From: Rhynchopus sp. YZ270_cl-10
Lineage: Eukaryota
Direction of reading: 5' to 3'
Length of the DNA: 64,000 nucleotides
Assembly (NCBI GenBank): GCA_964035575.1
Contig: OZ037833.1
Location: 186,001 to 250,000, forward strand
This document shows, one piece after another, positions 21,701 to 32,097 of the stretch. A program made the translations under genes and the position numbers. The notes below the pieces were generated by a model that saw nothing but the letters and a program-made list of their open reading frames with translations, made no database searches and was not told the DNA's origin. How positions within the stretch are numbered: the first letter of the stretch is position 1; each line of letters begins with the position of its first letter.

Positions 21701-24700
21701 CGCAGACAAACAATAGGTATACCTCTCTCGCGCCTTCTTCGGCGACAGCAGCACCGACATCAACCCCACCTCGCTTGTATCCAGCGTCTCACCGCCCACC
21801 ACCATGCCGTCACCTTCGTCGTCATCTTCATCCGAATCCAACCCTAGCTGCTCGCGACTCAGCTTGAACATGCTGGGGCCCACAAAGCGGCCCTTCTGCT
21901 TCGGTGTATGGCCACCCCCTCCACCCAGAGGCGACTCGCTCCTCTCACTTCTCTCGCTTCTCACGGACCCAGCGTCGTGCTCCGAAATGCCATAGGGCGC
22001 GATGACACCAGCTTCTGTCACGAACTCTGTTGGTTTGGTGCTTTGCGACAGACGGCCTACACCACCACCACCACCACCCCCCATCGGGACGACCACATGC
22101 CCCATCCTTGCCGGCGGAGAAAACGACGCCTCTGCGGTACTCTGCGACCGTCTTCCTGCGCTCAGGAGACGGACCTGTTGTGGTTCTCCGACCCCCCCTC
22201 CTCCTCCCCCTCCCCCTTCCCTCAAGGAGAGCCTCTCGTTCAAAAGCATTCCAGGACCTTCGCTGAAGCCGCGGGGATGGGAGACGGTGGTGCTCCGCCG
22301 GACACTTGGTGAGGTTGCGTAGGAGGTGGTTGAGGTGCGTGGGAGCCAGGCGCTGCTTGGTGTTGGGGACGCGGCGGGGTGGGGGTGGTGGTGGTGTGGG
22401 GTGGCACGTTGGTGGCGTTTTTTAAGTTCGGTGCGTGCATCGAGCTGTTCACGGCGTACCGCATGGCGTGCCGCCTGCTCTGCAATGACAACGAACTGTT
22501 TTTGATGGTCCAACAACAATGCATCGGCACGCCTCGCACCTCCTCCTGACACCCTTGAAATCCTCTCCCCTTCCCTTCTCCTCCCAAACTCCCATCCCTT
22601 TCGCGTCTCTTCCTCCCCTTTCACCAATGACACTCTGGTTCTCCTCTCTTGGCAAACCACTTCAATGATTAGCTGCCGATCTGAAACGCTATTTTGAGAA
22701 ATTGTTGCAAAGATTGACGACTCGCGGGCGCAGAATTGACGACGGTGGGTTTGCTCCAACCCGATGAGCGCGTCTGTGGAAGAGAGATGCAGCGTTTTTT
22801 GCGGTTCTGCAAAGATCCTCCTTGGTGGGGTAGGGGGCGCGCCTACAAAGAAGCGAGCAAACTCTGAAAGGTTATCACGACACAAAATCTCTTCCGCCGC
22901 AGCTGCACCACGTTCCGCAGACTCAAGAAGAAGCAATGAGGCAGAAGGATTGCTGTCTTCGCTGCTCGATACTGACGGTACTTCCTCCTCTTCGTCGGTC
23001 AACGCATCCGCCTCTGCAGCACCTTCATTCACCGTCTCATCCACCACCGCAACCGTTCCCACCCCAACACTACTATGTTGTGTCGTTCCCCGCAACGTTG
23101 AAGTCTCATGACTTACAGATGCATCCTGAGGCATGCCGTGAAATGGAGTGTTGGTTGAGATGGTGACAGCGGTGGTGGTGTGCGGATTTTGAGGGATTTC
23201 GGATATCCGCAAAGGAGAAGGAAGTGGGGAGGCGAGGGAGGGTGGAGATTGGTCCTGAAGCCTGCCCGCATCGAGAATGATGTTGTGCACCTGGCGGAGG
23301 ATGTCCGCGTCTGTGGAGGTGGTGGTGTTCTGTGTTGTGTTCTCGATGTGGTTGTTGTTCCATTGCTCACCCTCTGATCGGTCTTCACGTTCTGCACGTT
23401 CCGCGCCGCGGAGCAATGTACCTAAGGAAGGGGACGGCCCGCTGTCATGGCTGAGGTTGTGGTTGTGGTTGCGGTACTGTTCTTGCCCCGGTGTAGCGAA
23501 GTACTCCTCATCCCGTGTTGTTGGGCCCTTCCCCCTGGAGACCGGGCTGCTTGTTGCGGGGCAGGAGAATGGTGTAGAGGGTGCAAGAACAGAGTCTGTG
23601 GTAACATTGACGTCGCCACCACCGGGGGGGAAGTGGGTGTCAGACGGACGCTTTGCGCGGGAGGTTGTTGTGTCGCGGGTGTGTGGTGTCTCATGTTGTG
23701 CGATGCGTTGTGCCTGCGCTACTGCGATGTGTGTGGACGGTACGGCGGTTGGGGTGGGGTTGCGGTTTGCTTCGACCTGGATCTGCAGTGGTTGCTGTGG
23801 CTGCTGTGGTTGATGTGGTTGTGGTTGGGGGAGATGATGTGGCACACCACCTCCATGCTCCCCAGAAACAGAGACAGAAACAACAGACGTCTGCGGCGCT
23901 GCATCCCTCGGATGCATTCTCTCTGGGCTGTACCGATCCGCAGCGACAGGGGTGCCAAGAGCGCCAATCATCTCCGAGGAAGCGAAATGCCGCGCCCGCA
24001 GGCCGGTTTCATTCCGCCAGCCGGCCTCCCCGCTGGGGGCTTCGTGCAGGGCTTCCCCTTGAATGATGACTTCATCACCGTCGTCATCGTCAAGCATCTT
24101 CTTTGCATCTTTCATGATAAGAACAGAACCGGTGGTCCATCGGGAGGTGCTGCTATGTGTCGTTATTGTCGTTGTTGTAGTCGGAACCTTACTCAAAGAT
24201 GGCTGCAGTGTAACAGAACGTTTCGGAGAGGGAGACTCTGGGACAAAAAATGGATGACACTGCGGTGCACGGTGCGGACGTGGAGGAGACGACGCGGCGA
24301 CCGACCCATCATCTGCCTCCTGCACCACCTCCGGGGATGCAGACCGGTAGAACCTATGGTCCTGGAGGAGCTCCTTGTGGGTGCGCCCGGGGCTGATGTG
24401 GTGGGGTTTGTGGTTCCGCCGCTTCCTTTCTGCACCGCTCTTTGCACGCAACGCAGCGGCTCGCGTCATACGAGGCTCCCTCACAGGAGACAACCGACTT
24501 CTCGCATAGACACTCTGATGAACACTCTGCGGCGACGCTTCCGGAACCACACTAGGATGCCCATCGTTCGCCCCATTAAACATTGTAACAAACTCCGTTC
24601 TGTCAACGTCCTCCTCATCCCAACGCAAACTCTGCACCTCCGGTCCATTCGGTGTCATCCCCTGGGGAGATCCATCCCGCTTCGACTCCCCACTGTCCAG

Positions 24701-25702
24701 AAGACTCGCCAGATTCTTTGGCACCGACGCCGGCGTCCACACCGAGGAGTTCTGCGGCCTCGGGGACGTCGTCGTGCTGTCCCCCCCTACATAAATCGCC
24801 ACATTATCCGGATGCTCCACCACCACTCCATCCTCTGTATCCAACCTCACCACAGTAAACCCACCCGAATCAGAGCCTTCTACTACTCCCAAACAACCGG
24901 AATAGTCTCCAGACAAAATGGTCACCCTCCTTCCGGTTAACACCGGAGAAAGCGAGCCAGGTTCGGACGCCGATCTCCCTCTGAGATGCGGATGGGGTAC
25001 GACCTCTCTCCGAAGCGGCGACGGATGGGTAGTCTGAGAGGACTGCGAGCGGTCGGAGGACGGCCCCCTTCTTTGATGAGGGTGTTGCTGCCAGACCCGC
25101 ACTGCGGCGGTACTATGACAACACGACCCATACGCAAGACACACAACAGACGCAACAACCGACGCCCGCACCACACGCCCCATCCTATCATGCTGCTCCA
25201 ACACCCTCAACACCAATGCATCTCCCTCTGACGACGTTTCCTGCTCATACAACGAACCCACAAACCCTGGAGAGGGCAGCGGAAAAGAAGGCTGCACTAC
25301 GGCATGATCCTCTGGACGGCGTGGTGTGACCATGCCCGGGAGGGGTTCAGCGGTTTGCGGCTGTCGCCGTTCTGCCCTGCGGAGGAGGGGGAGGGGGATG
25401 CTGGAGGTGTCGATGTGGTCGATGAAGACGGAGGCGGTGATGGGGGCCTCAAAGGTGTGGTTGGTGTGGTGTGGTGCGGGTGGTGGTGGTGGTGGTGGGG
25501 CGTCGCGGAGTCTGCGTTGTTTAGCTTCGACAAGCCTGCGGTATTGCGCGTCGAGCTGTGACTGCAGTGCGGCGGAGGCCTGTTCCCGTTCGCGTTCCTC
25601 CCGCTGCAGTTCCACAGCATCCTGCAGCTGCCGCTGCAGAACGTCCATCAGCTCCCGCACCCCAACCCTGCTGTCAGTACTGCTGTTCAGCGTTGAGTTC
25701 AT
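21569..25702 (-). CDS. Large low-complexity protein with N-terminal coiled coil and KOW-like motif; 3' end uncertain
   Basis: 1377-aa ORF; GRRVTILSGDYSGCLGVV KOW-like segment; a possible donor AG|GTATAC at 21722 means the last ~50 codons may be intronic. Confidence 0.75.
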   Translation of the reverse strand: MNSTLNSSTDSRVGVRELMDVLQRQLQDAVELQREEREREQASAALQSQLDAQYRRLVEAKQRRLRDAPPPPPPPAPHHTNHTFEAPITASVFIDHIDTSSIPLPLLRRAERRQPQTAEPLPGMVTPRRPEDHAVVQPSFPLPSPGFVGSLYEQETSSEGDALVLRVLEQHDRMGRVVRASVVASVVCLAYGSCCHSTAAVRVWQQHPHQRRGPSSDRSQSSQTTHPSPLRREVVPHPHLRGRSASEPGSLSPVLTGRRVTILSGDYSGCLGVVEGSDSGGFTVVRLDTEDGVVVEHPDNVAIYVGGDSTTTSPRPQNSSVWTPASVPKNLASLLDSGESKRDGSPQGMTPNGPEVQSLRWDEEDVDRTEFVTMFNGANDGHPSVVPEASPQSVHQSVYARSRLSPVREPRMTRAAALRAKSGAERKRRNHKPHHISPGRTHKELLQDHRFYRSASPEVVQEADDGSVAASSPPRPHRAPQCHPFFVPESPSPKRSVTLQPSLSKVPTTTTTITTHSSTSRWTTGSVLIMKDAKKMLDDDDGDEVIIQGEALHEAPSGEAGWRNETGLRARHFASSEMIGALGTPVAADRYSPERMHPRDAAPQTSVVSVSVSGEHGGGVPHHLPQPQPHQPQQPQQPLQIQVEANRNPTPTAVPSTHIAVAQAQRIAQHETPHTRDTTTSRAKRPSDTHFPPGGGDVNVTTDSVLAPSTPFSCPATSSPVSRGKGPTTRDEEYFATPGQEQYRNHNHNLSHDSGPSPSLGTLLRGAERAEREDRSEGEQWNNNHIENTTQNTTTSTDADILRQVHNIILDAGRLQDQSPPSLASPLPSPLRISEIPQNPHTTTAVTISTNTPFHGMPQDASVSHETSTLRGTTQHSSVGVGTVAVVDETVNEGAAEADALTDEEEEVPSVSSSEDSNPSASLLLLESAERGAAAAEEILCRDNLSEFARFFVGAPPTPPRRIFAEPQKTLHLSSTDALIGLEQTHRRQFCARESSIFATISQNSVSDRQLIIEVVCQERRTRVSLVKGEEETRKGWEFGRRREGERISRVSGGGARRADALLLDHQKQFVVIAEQAARHAVRREQLDARTELKKRHQRATPHHHHPHPAASPTPSSAWLPRTSTTSYATSPSVRRSTTVSHPRGFSEGPGMLLNERLSLREGGGGGGGGVGEPQQVRLLSAGRRSQSTAEASFSPPARMGHVVVPMGGGGGGGVGRLSQSTKPTEFVTEAGVIAPYGISEHDAGSVRSERSERSESPLGGGGGHTPKQKGRFVGPSMFKLSREQLGLDSDEDDDEGDGMVVGGETLDTSEVGLMSVLLSPKKARERYTYCLSAFFKLTKSNKTLHCFFCLIHERLWIESLKALSNPTRDLALFIRV

Positions 25703-26409
25703 ATTCGATAAGATAACGTATTAGAAATGCACATTAGGGGAGCGGGGTCTGAGAGAGAATATGAGGAGAAGGAGGGAGGAGGAGAGGAGGAGGATTTTAT
25801 TTCCAATGATAAAGCGTGAAGATAATAAATAAAAACAAAGAGTGGTGCTTCTGACGACACCATATTGCGTACTTAGTGCGTAGTTGCGGTGAGTTAGTTG
25901 TTGCGTACTTGGTATTTTTTTTTACTTCTGGAGTACCAAAGAGTAGAATAAATTTGAGGCTGTGTGAGGCACTCAACGAAAAGTGTGCCGGCTCTGTGAA
26001 AGTCACGGAGCCACCAACACTCCCCAGGCTTTTTCTTGCGGTTCCAGGAAAAATCGCATATGCGACGAGGAGGAGGAGGAGGAGGGTGGAGGGGTGGGAG
26101 AAAAAACTGAAATACTACATTTGTTGGTTTTCGCTGTTTGTTGATTGCATCCATCTATTAATAAAACCTTCATGTTTTATCGAGTTTTAAAAGGTTAAGA
26201 AGATGATCCTAAGGCTCTCGGTCCTTAGTCACCTTGTAAAGGAAGACCCCCTCCCCTTCCAAGAACAAATACACATCTTGAAAGATACTGACAAACAAAA
26301 TGGTTTCATGTACTTTTCCATCAAAGAAGAGAATGTACAATAAAAAGTTGACATATGCATGTGCCTCACGGCCGTACACATCAGAAATATTCCCCATATT
26401 TGGATAACA

Positions 26410-27227
26410 TTACATCAGTTGCTGCCGCCCGCACAACGTATGGGCATCCAGCAACTCTGGATCAAGCGTCGGCTTCACCGCTACCCGCCAGTCTGCAGGT
26501 TGGCTGCGGCACCATCGGCTTATTCCACTGTCGACAACGATGTGCACGTTGCAAGGAAGTTGTCCAGCCCAAGTGTCTGCTTGCATGTCTGTGAGGGCAA
26601 CAGTCGACAATGCTCTGCAATTAGATAAGAAGCAGTCCCCGATCGAAGTGACTGCTTTCATGCCTGTGAGGTCAACGGTCGACAACGATGTGCACCTAGA
26701 TAAGAAGTTGTCCCCGATCGAAGTGACTGCTTTCATGCCTGTGAGGTTAACAGTCGACAACGTCGTGCAATCAGCTAAGAAGAAGCCGTCCCTGATCGAA
26801 GTGACTGCTTGCATGCTTGTGAGGTCAACAGTCGACAATGCTCCGCAACCAGCTAGGAACGAGTGTCCAGTTGCGGTGACGAAGGGCAACTTTGATAGGT
26901 ACAGTGTGGAGTCGCAGTGAGGAAGGGAAGTGTCACGAATGTCATCCACAATCGACACGCAACTGGAACCAATGCACGTTACTGTACTATTCTGGAAGAA
27001 GCTGTCTGGGATCGCAGTCACAACTTCTGCCTGCAGAAGCAAGGAAGCCACCTTCGAATCGGTCACCTCCTTCTTACTACTTTGTCCCCAGCACTCAGTT
27101 CCGTGATGTCCTCCCCTTCCTCCTTCCCTCCGAAGCCCATATGAAAGCTGTCTTCGGCCAACCCCGTTGCTGTCGCCACCTTCCGACGCAGGGCCTCCGT
27201 TGTGTCATCCTCACCCACCTCGAGCAT
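26410..27227 (-). pseudogene. Ubiquitin-like + BspA-type LRR paralogue 1 (5'-truncated, internal deletion, frameshift)
   Basis: Near-identical to 34551..35684 but lacks the MDVTIQ start and the segment between GDKVV and VTDSKVA; fewer LRR units. Confidence 0.8.
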
Positions 27228-27365
27228 GAAGTCCTCCTTCCCAAAACATTGCACATTTGTGTGACACTCTGTGGTGTGTGTTGTGTATTGCATCTGGGGA
27301 AGGGGAAGGGTGATTTGCAATTCGAAGAACAAGAAGTCTTCCCCACCTGACAGACAAGTTCATGT

Positions 27366-27428
27366 GCCTCATGCTGGCGGTATGGAGGGCAGGGTGGAGA
27401 CTGTGCGCTACCTCCTGGGTGGGATATA
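27366..27428 (+). pseudogene. Ankyrin-repeat fragment, second copy
   Basis: CTCATGCTGGCGG..GGAGGGCAGGGTGGAGAC..CGCTACCTCCTGGGT shared with 9020..9085. Confidence 0.5.
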
Positions 27429-28391
27429 GGATCCGGGTGAAGGGAGACAGGTGGTATACATATTTTGCAGGACTGTAATGTGAAGAAGCACCCTCTGACA
27501 GGTCTGCATTCGTGATGAGGATTGGTGCTTTGCAAATATTCTCCTTAAATGAGGAAGGTCTAGTAGGCTCACACTTCAGCAAGAAATCTAGCTTGCATTG
27601 ATTACGTCCCATGCCATTTGTACAAATGACTGGAGGTCGCTGGGGTGGGAAAAAGGAGTCAAAAAATGGGAGCCTTTTTTTTCTTCAATAAAATAGAAAG
27701 GTGAAAAAGGTGCAAAAAAAAAAAAAAAATGAAAGAAAAGAAAAGCTATTCGGATGCGGGCACCCGAACAGAGGTTAATATTTAAAAACAAAAACAAAAA
27801 AAAAAAAAAAAAAACGGCCCTGAAAACGAAAAACATAGATTAAGGTAGGTAGATCAGTTCTATTCCCCTTTCCATTTTTCTATTGTGTTTTTTTTTCTCG
27901 AAATAGGCAACACAGAGATTTAAGAGAAAAAGCTGAAAATGATGAATATGACTCAAAAGTGCATTTGCACATCGTTTTCCACAACCGTTATCGAGGTTGT
28001 TCACTCCTTGTTGCCGAGAGCTTTACAAAAGAAGGTATACGACAAAGAAAAAAAAAAGAATACAAAAAATCTAAATACATTGACAATAAAAGCAAACGGA
28101 AAGAAATCGAAACCACGTTTTTTCCCCCCTTTTTTTCTTTTCATAATCTGAATGGAAGCATTGCCCCAATCCTCTTCTCAAACCATCCCGATGCGTTTCT
28201 AAAGGCATAAAACGTTTTATTCTTTTGATAAATTGTTTGGAGTAGTGTAGTTGCCTCGGTTGTGTTGCCACAGTTTGTGCAAATCTCCACTGTTTTTTTT
28301 TGGGGAACTTTTGGCAAATTCTCCAGAGGGAAAAACACTCTGATAAACCCCCTCCCTTTTCCCCCTCCCCTTCTTCCTCCTCCTCTTCCGT

Positions 28392-29891
28392 CTATGGATG
28401 CGATGCTGGTGACCGCGGCATCTGACCATGCACGGTGTGGTTTGGCCTTCCGACGCTCAGTCTTGTTCTCGAGGGCATCTGGACCAACGGCACTGTCGCT
28501 GCCTGCACTGGTGTAGTCACCGGGACCACCGAGCCATGCGCGCTTGACACTGGAGATGGCAGACGACACATACTTCTCCTCCCACCACCCACCGTCGACG
28601 GCGAATGGATATCCCTTCCGGGCCTCCGTGTAACCGGGGTGACAGGAGTTGCTGGAGCGTACGTCTTTTGATGAACGACATTTGAAACGCTGCTGTGCTG
28701 CTGCGGCACGGTGGAGTCGTCTCTGCTGAAAGCGGCGAACGTCTGCCGGAGAGACTGCTCCTGTTCCACCAAGGTGTCGCGCTGGCGGCGGAGCTCGACC
28801 TCCTCCTTGAGCAGCACCATCTCCTCAGAGTGCTCGACAGCACGCTTTGTGGTGTATTGGTGGCGGGTGTCGTGCACGGCGTCGATGGTCTGCCTCGCTG
28901 CCACGACACGCTGTGCGGCAAGGTCGACTGCCTGCTTCGCAGAAATCTCCTTATCACGGATCTGACTGAGCTGCGTCATTTCTTGATGTTCCCTCTGCGC
29001 CTCTGACATTGTTGCTGCCTCAGCACGCTTCAGATCTGCGATTGAGTCGTAGCACTCCTTTTCTGAGCATCTGATGTCTTCATCCTTTGTAGACACGACA
29101 GCACCTTGCTCTTCTGCGACGTCTTCTTTACGTTGTGCGTGCTGCAACTCTGTGGCAGCCTCCTCCCTAGCAGATGTTGCCTGCGCATTGAGGGCTTCGC
29201 TCGCAGAGGTCAGAGAGAGCACCACCTGCTGTTGTTCGGCAAGCATCCGTTCAATCGCTTTGAGGCGTGACGTAGCGTTGTCTAGCTCAGAGGTTTGCAC
29301 TGCAGCGTCTTCGGAGAGAAGAAGCGCCTTAGCCTCTAGGGACGCAGCATTGCGACGGTGCTGCACTGCATCCGTACGGAGCGACTTTGTGGACACCTTC
29401 AAATCAAACATCTTCGTCTTGCGTGCATCCACCTCCAGCCGCATAGCCTCCAGATCCTGCCGTTTTCTCTGTTCAGCGTCCTTCAGCTCTGCTGTGCGCT
29501 GTCTTTGCGCAAAGAGCGTAGATTCGAACCGAGATGCCTCCTTGATCACATGCTCGAGGTCCTCCCGGCAGCGTTGTTCATGTTGTGTGGCAGCCTCGAG
29601 GGAGGCGACGGCGTCTGCCTCCTGCTTCTGATAGGTCCGCTCGCTGTCGGCGTCGCGATGGCGGTGGTAAAGGCAGTCAACCAACGTCGGAAAATTCTCC
29701 GCAAAACGCAAAAATTCGGGCAAACTGATGACCCCGTTCATATCAGTGTCTGCCTTCGCAAACAGCTCGTTTACCAGTGCGACATCGAGGTCGATCTTCA
29801 ACCCAGCAAGACCTTCCTGAAAAATGGGAAACGCAAGAAGGCCACGCTCACTGAACACTTTGAACACCTCAGTGGCTTTTTCGGAGGACAT
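28392..29891 (-). CDS. EF-hand + long coiled-coil protein
   Basis: ELFAKADTDMNGVISLPEF canonical EF loop, then a heptad-rich region; 499 aa. Confidence 0.85.
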   Translation of the reverse strand: MSSEKATEVFKVFSERGLLAFPIFQEGLAGLKIDLDVALVNELFAKADTDMNGVISLPEFLRFAENFPTLVDCLYHRHRDADSERTYQKQEADAVASLEAATQHEQRCREDLEHVIKEASRFESTLFAQRQRTAELKDAEQRKRQDLEAMRLEVDARKTKMFDLKVSTKSLRTDAVQHRRNAASLEAKALLLSEDAAVQTSELDNATSRLKAIERMLAEQQQVVLSLTSASEALNAQATSAREEAATELQHAQRKEDVAEEQGAVVSTKDEDIRCSEKECYDSIADLKRAEAATMSEAQREHQEMTQLSQIRDKEISAKQAVDLAAQRVVAARQTIDAVHDTRHQYTTKRAVEHSEEMVLLKEEVELRRQRDTLVEQEQSLRQTFAAFSRDDSTVPQQHSSVSNVVHQKTYAPATPVTPVTRRPGRDIHSPSTVGGGRRSMCRLPSPVSSAHGSVVPVTTPVQAATVPLVQMPSRTRLSVGRPNHTVHGQMPRSPASHP

Positions 29892-30485
29892 ATTTTTTTG
29901 TTCGGGTTGTTGTTTTTTTTGATTCTGGATTTGTTTTGGTAAAAATTGAAAAAAAAAAAAGTTTGATATCTGATGAGGAGTACTATTGTGATAGCAATAT
30001 GATTCAAGTGCATCTCAGACATTTCTGTACTTCAGCATAGATGTGGTGAGGTGTAGTGTACTGACAACGCTTTAGTCTAAGAGAAAAGGGAGAGGGGAGG
30101 TCAGAAGAGTGGTAACTTTTACCACTTCTGAAGTGACCTTTTTTTTTTTTTGAAATCCGAAGCTCACTTCGAAGTAACCTTCGAAAAGTGCATTAAAAAA
30201 GTGGTCTCCCCCCCCTTTTTTTGAAATATTGGGTCACGAAGTGACCTCGGGTACCTCCTTAACCTCTCCCTCCCTCCTTCTCCCTCCTAAGGGTTTTTAA
30301 AAAAAACCCTCAAAAAAAAATGTGTTTCACTCCGCTCTCCACGGAACACACGCTACCCCTTCCCCTTTTTTTTGTCACAGCGTATCACACAAAAATTCAA
30401 AATCCATCAGAATGGGATCTCTCTCTGTATTGCACATCTGATTTTTTTATTTTTTATTTTTTTTGCGATCCACCTTGTTCTCCTT

Positions 30486-31037
30486 TCACCCCAAATTCGG
30501 TGGATGGTCGAGTTGTGTGAAAGCATCGAGACATTGTTCTTGTATTCCAAAGAGGGCCATATTCAGTTCCGAATGTGTGTTCGCCGCCATCGCCGCCACG
30601 GCTTGATGGTGCCCTGCGAACTCCACTAACGCATACACCCCTGCCGGCTTTGTAAAAATATTTGCTGAGAGAAATCCATCCAATTTTGCGAACCGTTTGT
30701 CCACATCTGCCTGCGCCGTGTACTGATCCAAATCCTTCACGACCAACACATTTCCCGAGCATTCCAACGCAGGCACCGGGTGGCTCTGGTAATGTGCCGG
30801 CAAAATACGATACTCATTTTGCACATGCGCAAATTTACACCCTTCCCTACTGCTACAATCCCAGTTCCGCTCGACAGCATAGTATCGACACACCCCAAGG
30901 GGCTGCCGCGCAAGCGTCTCCATCTGAAGGTAGTGCCGCACACCCTGAGTTAACGCAAGGTCCTGTACCGGAATGTCCGCCGCTTCTTCGACATTAGGCG
31001 CGGTTTCCATCTTGATGCGAACAAACGCATTGTCCAT
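30486..31037 (-). CDS. CCCH zinc finger + RRM RNA-binding protein
   Basis: CRYYAVERNWDCSSREGCKFAH; RNP2-like LVVKDL and RNP1-like GVYALVEF. Confidence 0.8.
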   Translation of the reverse strand: MDNAFVRIKMETAPNVEEAADIPVQDLALTQGVRHYLQMETLARQPLGVCRYYAVERNWDCSSREGCKFAHVQNEYRILPAHYQSHPVPALECSGNVLVVKDLDQYTAQADVDKRFAKLDGFLSANIFTKPAGVYALVEFAGHHQAVAAMAANTHSELNMALFGIQEQCLDAFTQLDHPPNLG

Positions 31038-31423
31038 ATGTGAAACAGACGATATTGTAAAACAAAAAGTAGAGGGAAAAAAAGAAGGGGGAAAAGGGGG
31101 GGCTAAATTCTAGGTGTAAAAGAAAAAGACGTTATTGTGTGGCTAGTTGGGGTGGAGGGGAGATGAGAAGATGGATAATGGGGGGTTTTGATATCAATTT
31201 TTTGGGGGGCGGTTTTGAAGGTGGAGTAAAAGTAGGTGATAAGTTGTTGTTGTTGTTGTTGTTTTCCACACAGCTTCTTTCAACCCCCTGTGGGATCAGT
31301 TGTTCGCTTCTTTTGAAAACCTGAAATTACCCATTTCAAGGGAACAAATTAGCTCGAGAGACTCGATTTCTCTTTGTTGCGCAAAAAGACTATAAACGGG
31401 AGGGGGGAAAATAAAAAAGAAGG

Positions 31424-31942
31424 GTTGGAAATACAAAAAACCCTCTCGTGAACAGTGTACTTTGGTACAATGGCCGGCTGTACTGGGGGTAGGCACTCAA
31501 CCAATAAAGGTTGGTTGTTGTTCCACTTTTTTCTTCTTCGACTTGATTTACGGTTTGAATGTTTGCCTGAAGTGCAGAAAATGTTGTGGAACACAGGGCA
31601 GCAAAGAGGGGGGGGAAACAAGCGGGGAGGGATACGCAGACGGCGCGACTGTTCACGAGGGTCTCGAGCATTTTGTCAAATACTATGTGTTTACTAAAAA
31701 GACCTTATTTGCATTTTTGAGATCCACGATTGAGATTCACGGCATTAATGTAGTCAAGTCTCTGTTGATTCTATAAACGGGGGTGGGAAAAATCACGAAT
31801 AGAAAAATGGGGGAGATATTGAAAGTAAAGTTGATAGTGCAAACGCCTCGGGGACGCAGGCACTGACACTCCATGGGTTATCGAACCCCCCGGAGTGTTG
31901 CGCTTGGGAAAAGTTGGAACGCTTCCTCACCCAGATCACACA
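31424..31942. repeat. Longest copy of a degenerate interspersed repeat family
   Basis: Its sub-modules recur at 252, 1630, 2233, 5918, 6102, 20946 (inverted), 34289, 41125, 41825, 42421, 42545, 49970, 56099 and 61141. Confidence 0.7.
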
Positions 31943-32097
31943 GTGTTTTTTGAAAAATATAATAAATCCTAAAGTTCAAGATCGAACTGAGAGAAGAAAA
32001 CCCCAAACCCTCCCAGACCACATGGTCAACCTGTGGTAGGAGAAGCGGTGGTAGTGAGGAGCACGAGAATCGTCTTTCGCGTAGACTAAAAGATTTC

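Noticed and set aside
23447..24940. 497-aa plus-strand ORF and similar long antisense ORFs (e.g. 18165..19167)
   Set aside because: Shadows of GC-rich minus-strand CDSs; non-ATG starts and unnatural composition.
30022..30032. Spliced-leader remnant TTTCTGTACTT (also 21037)
   Set aside because: 11-nt partial match only, antisense to the genes; compatible with chance.
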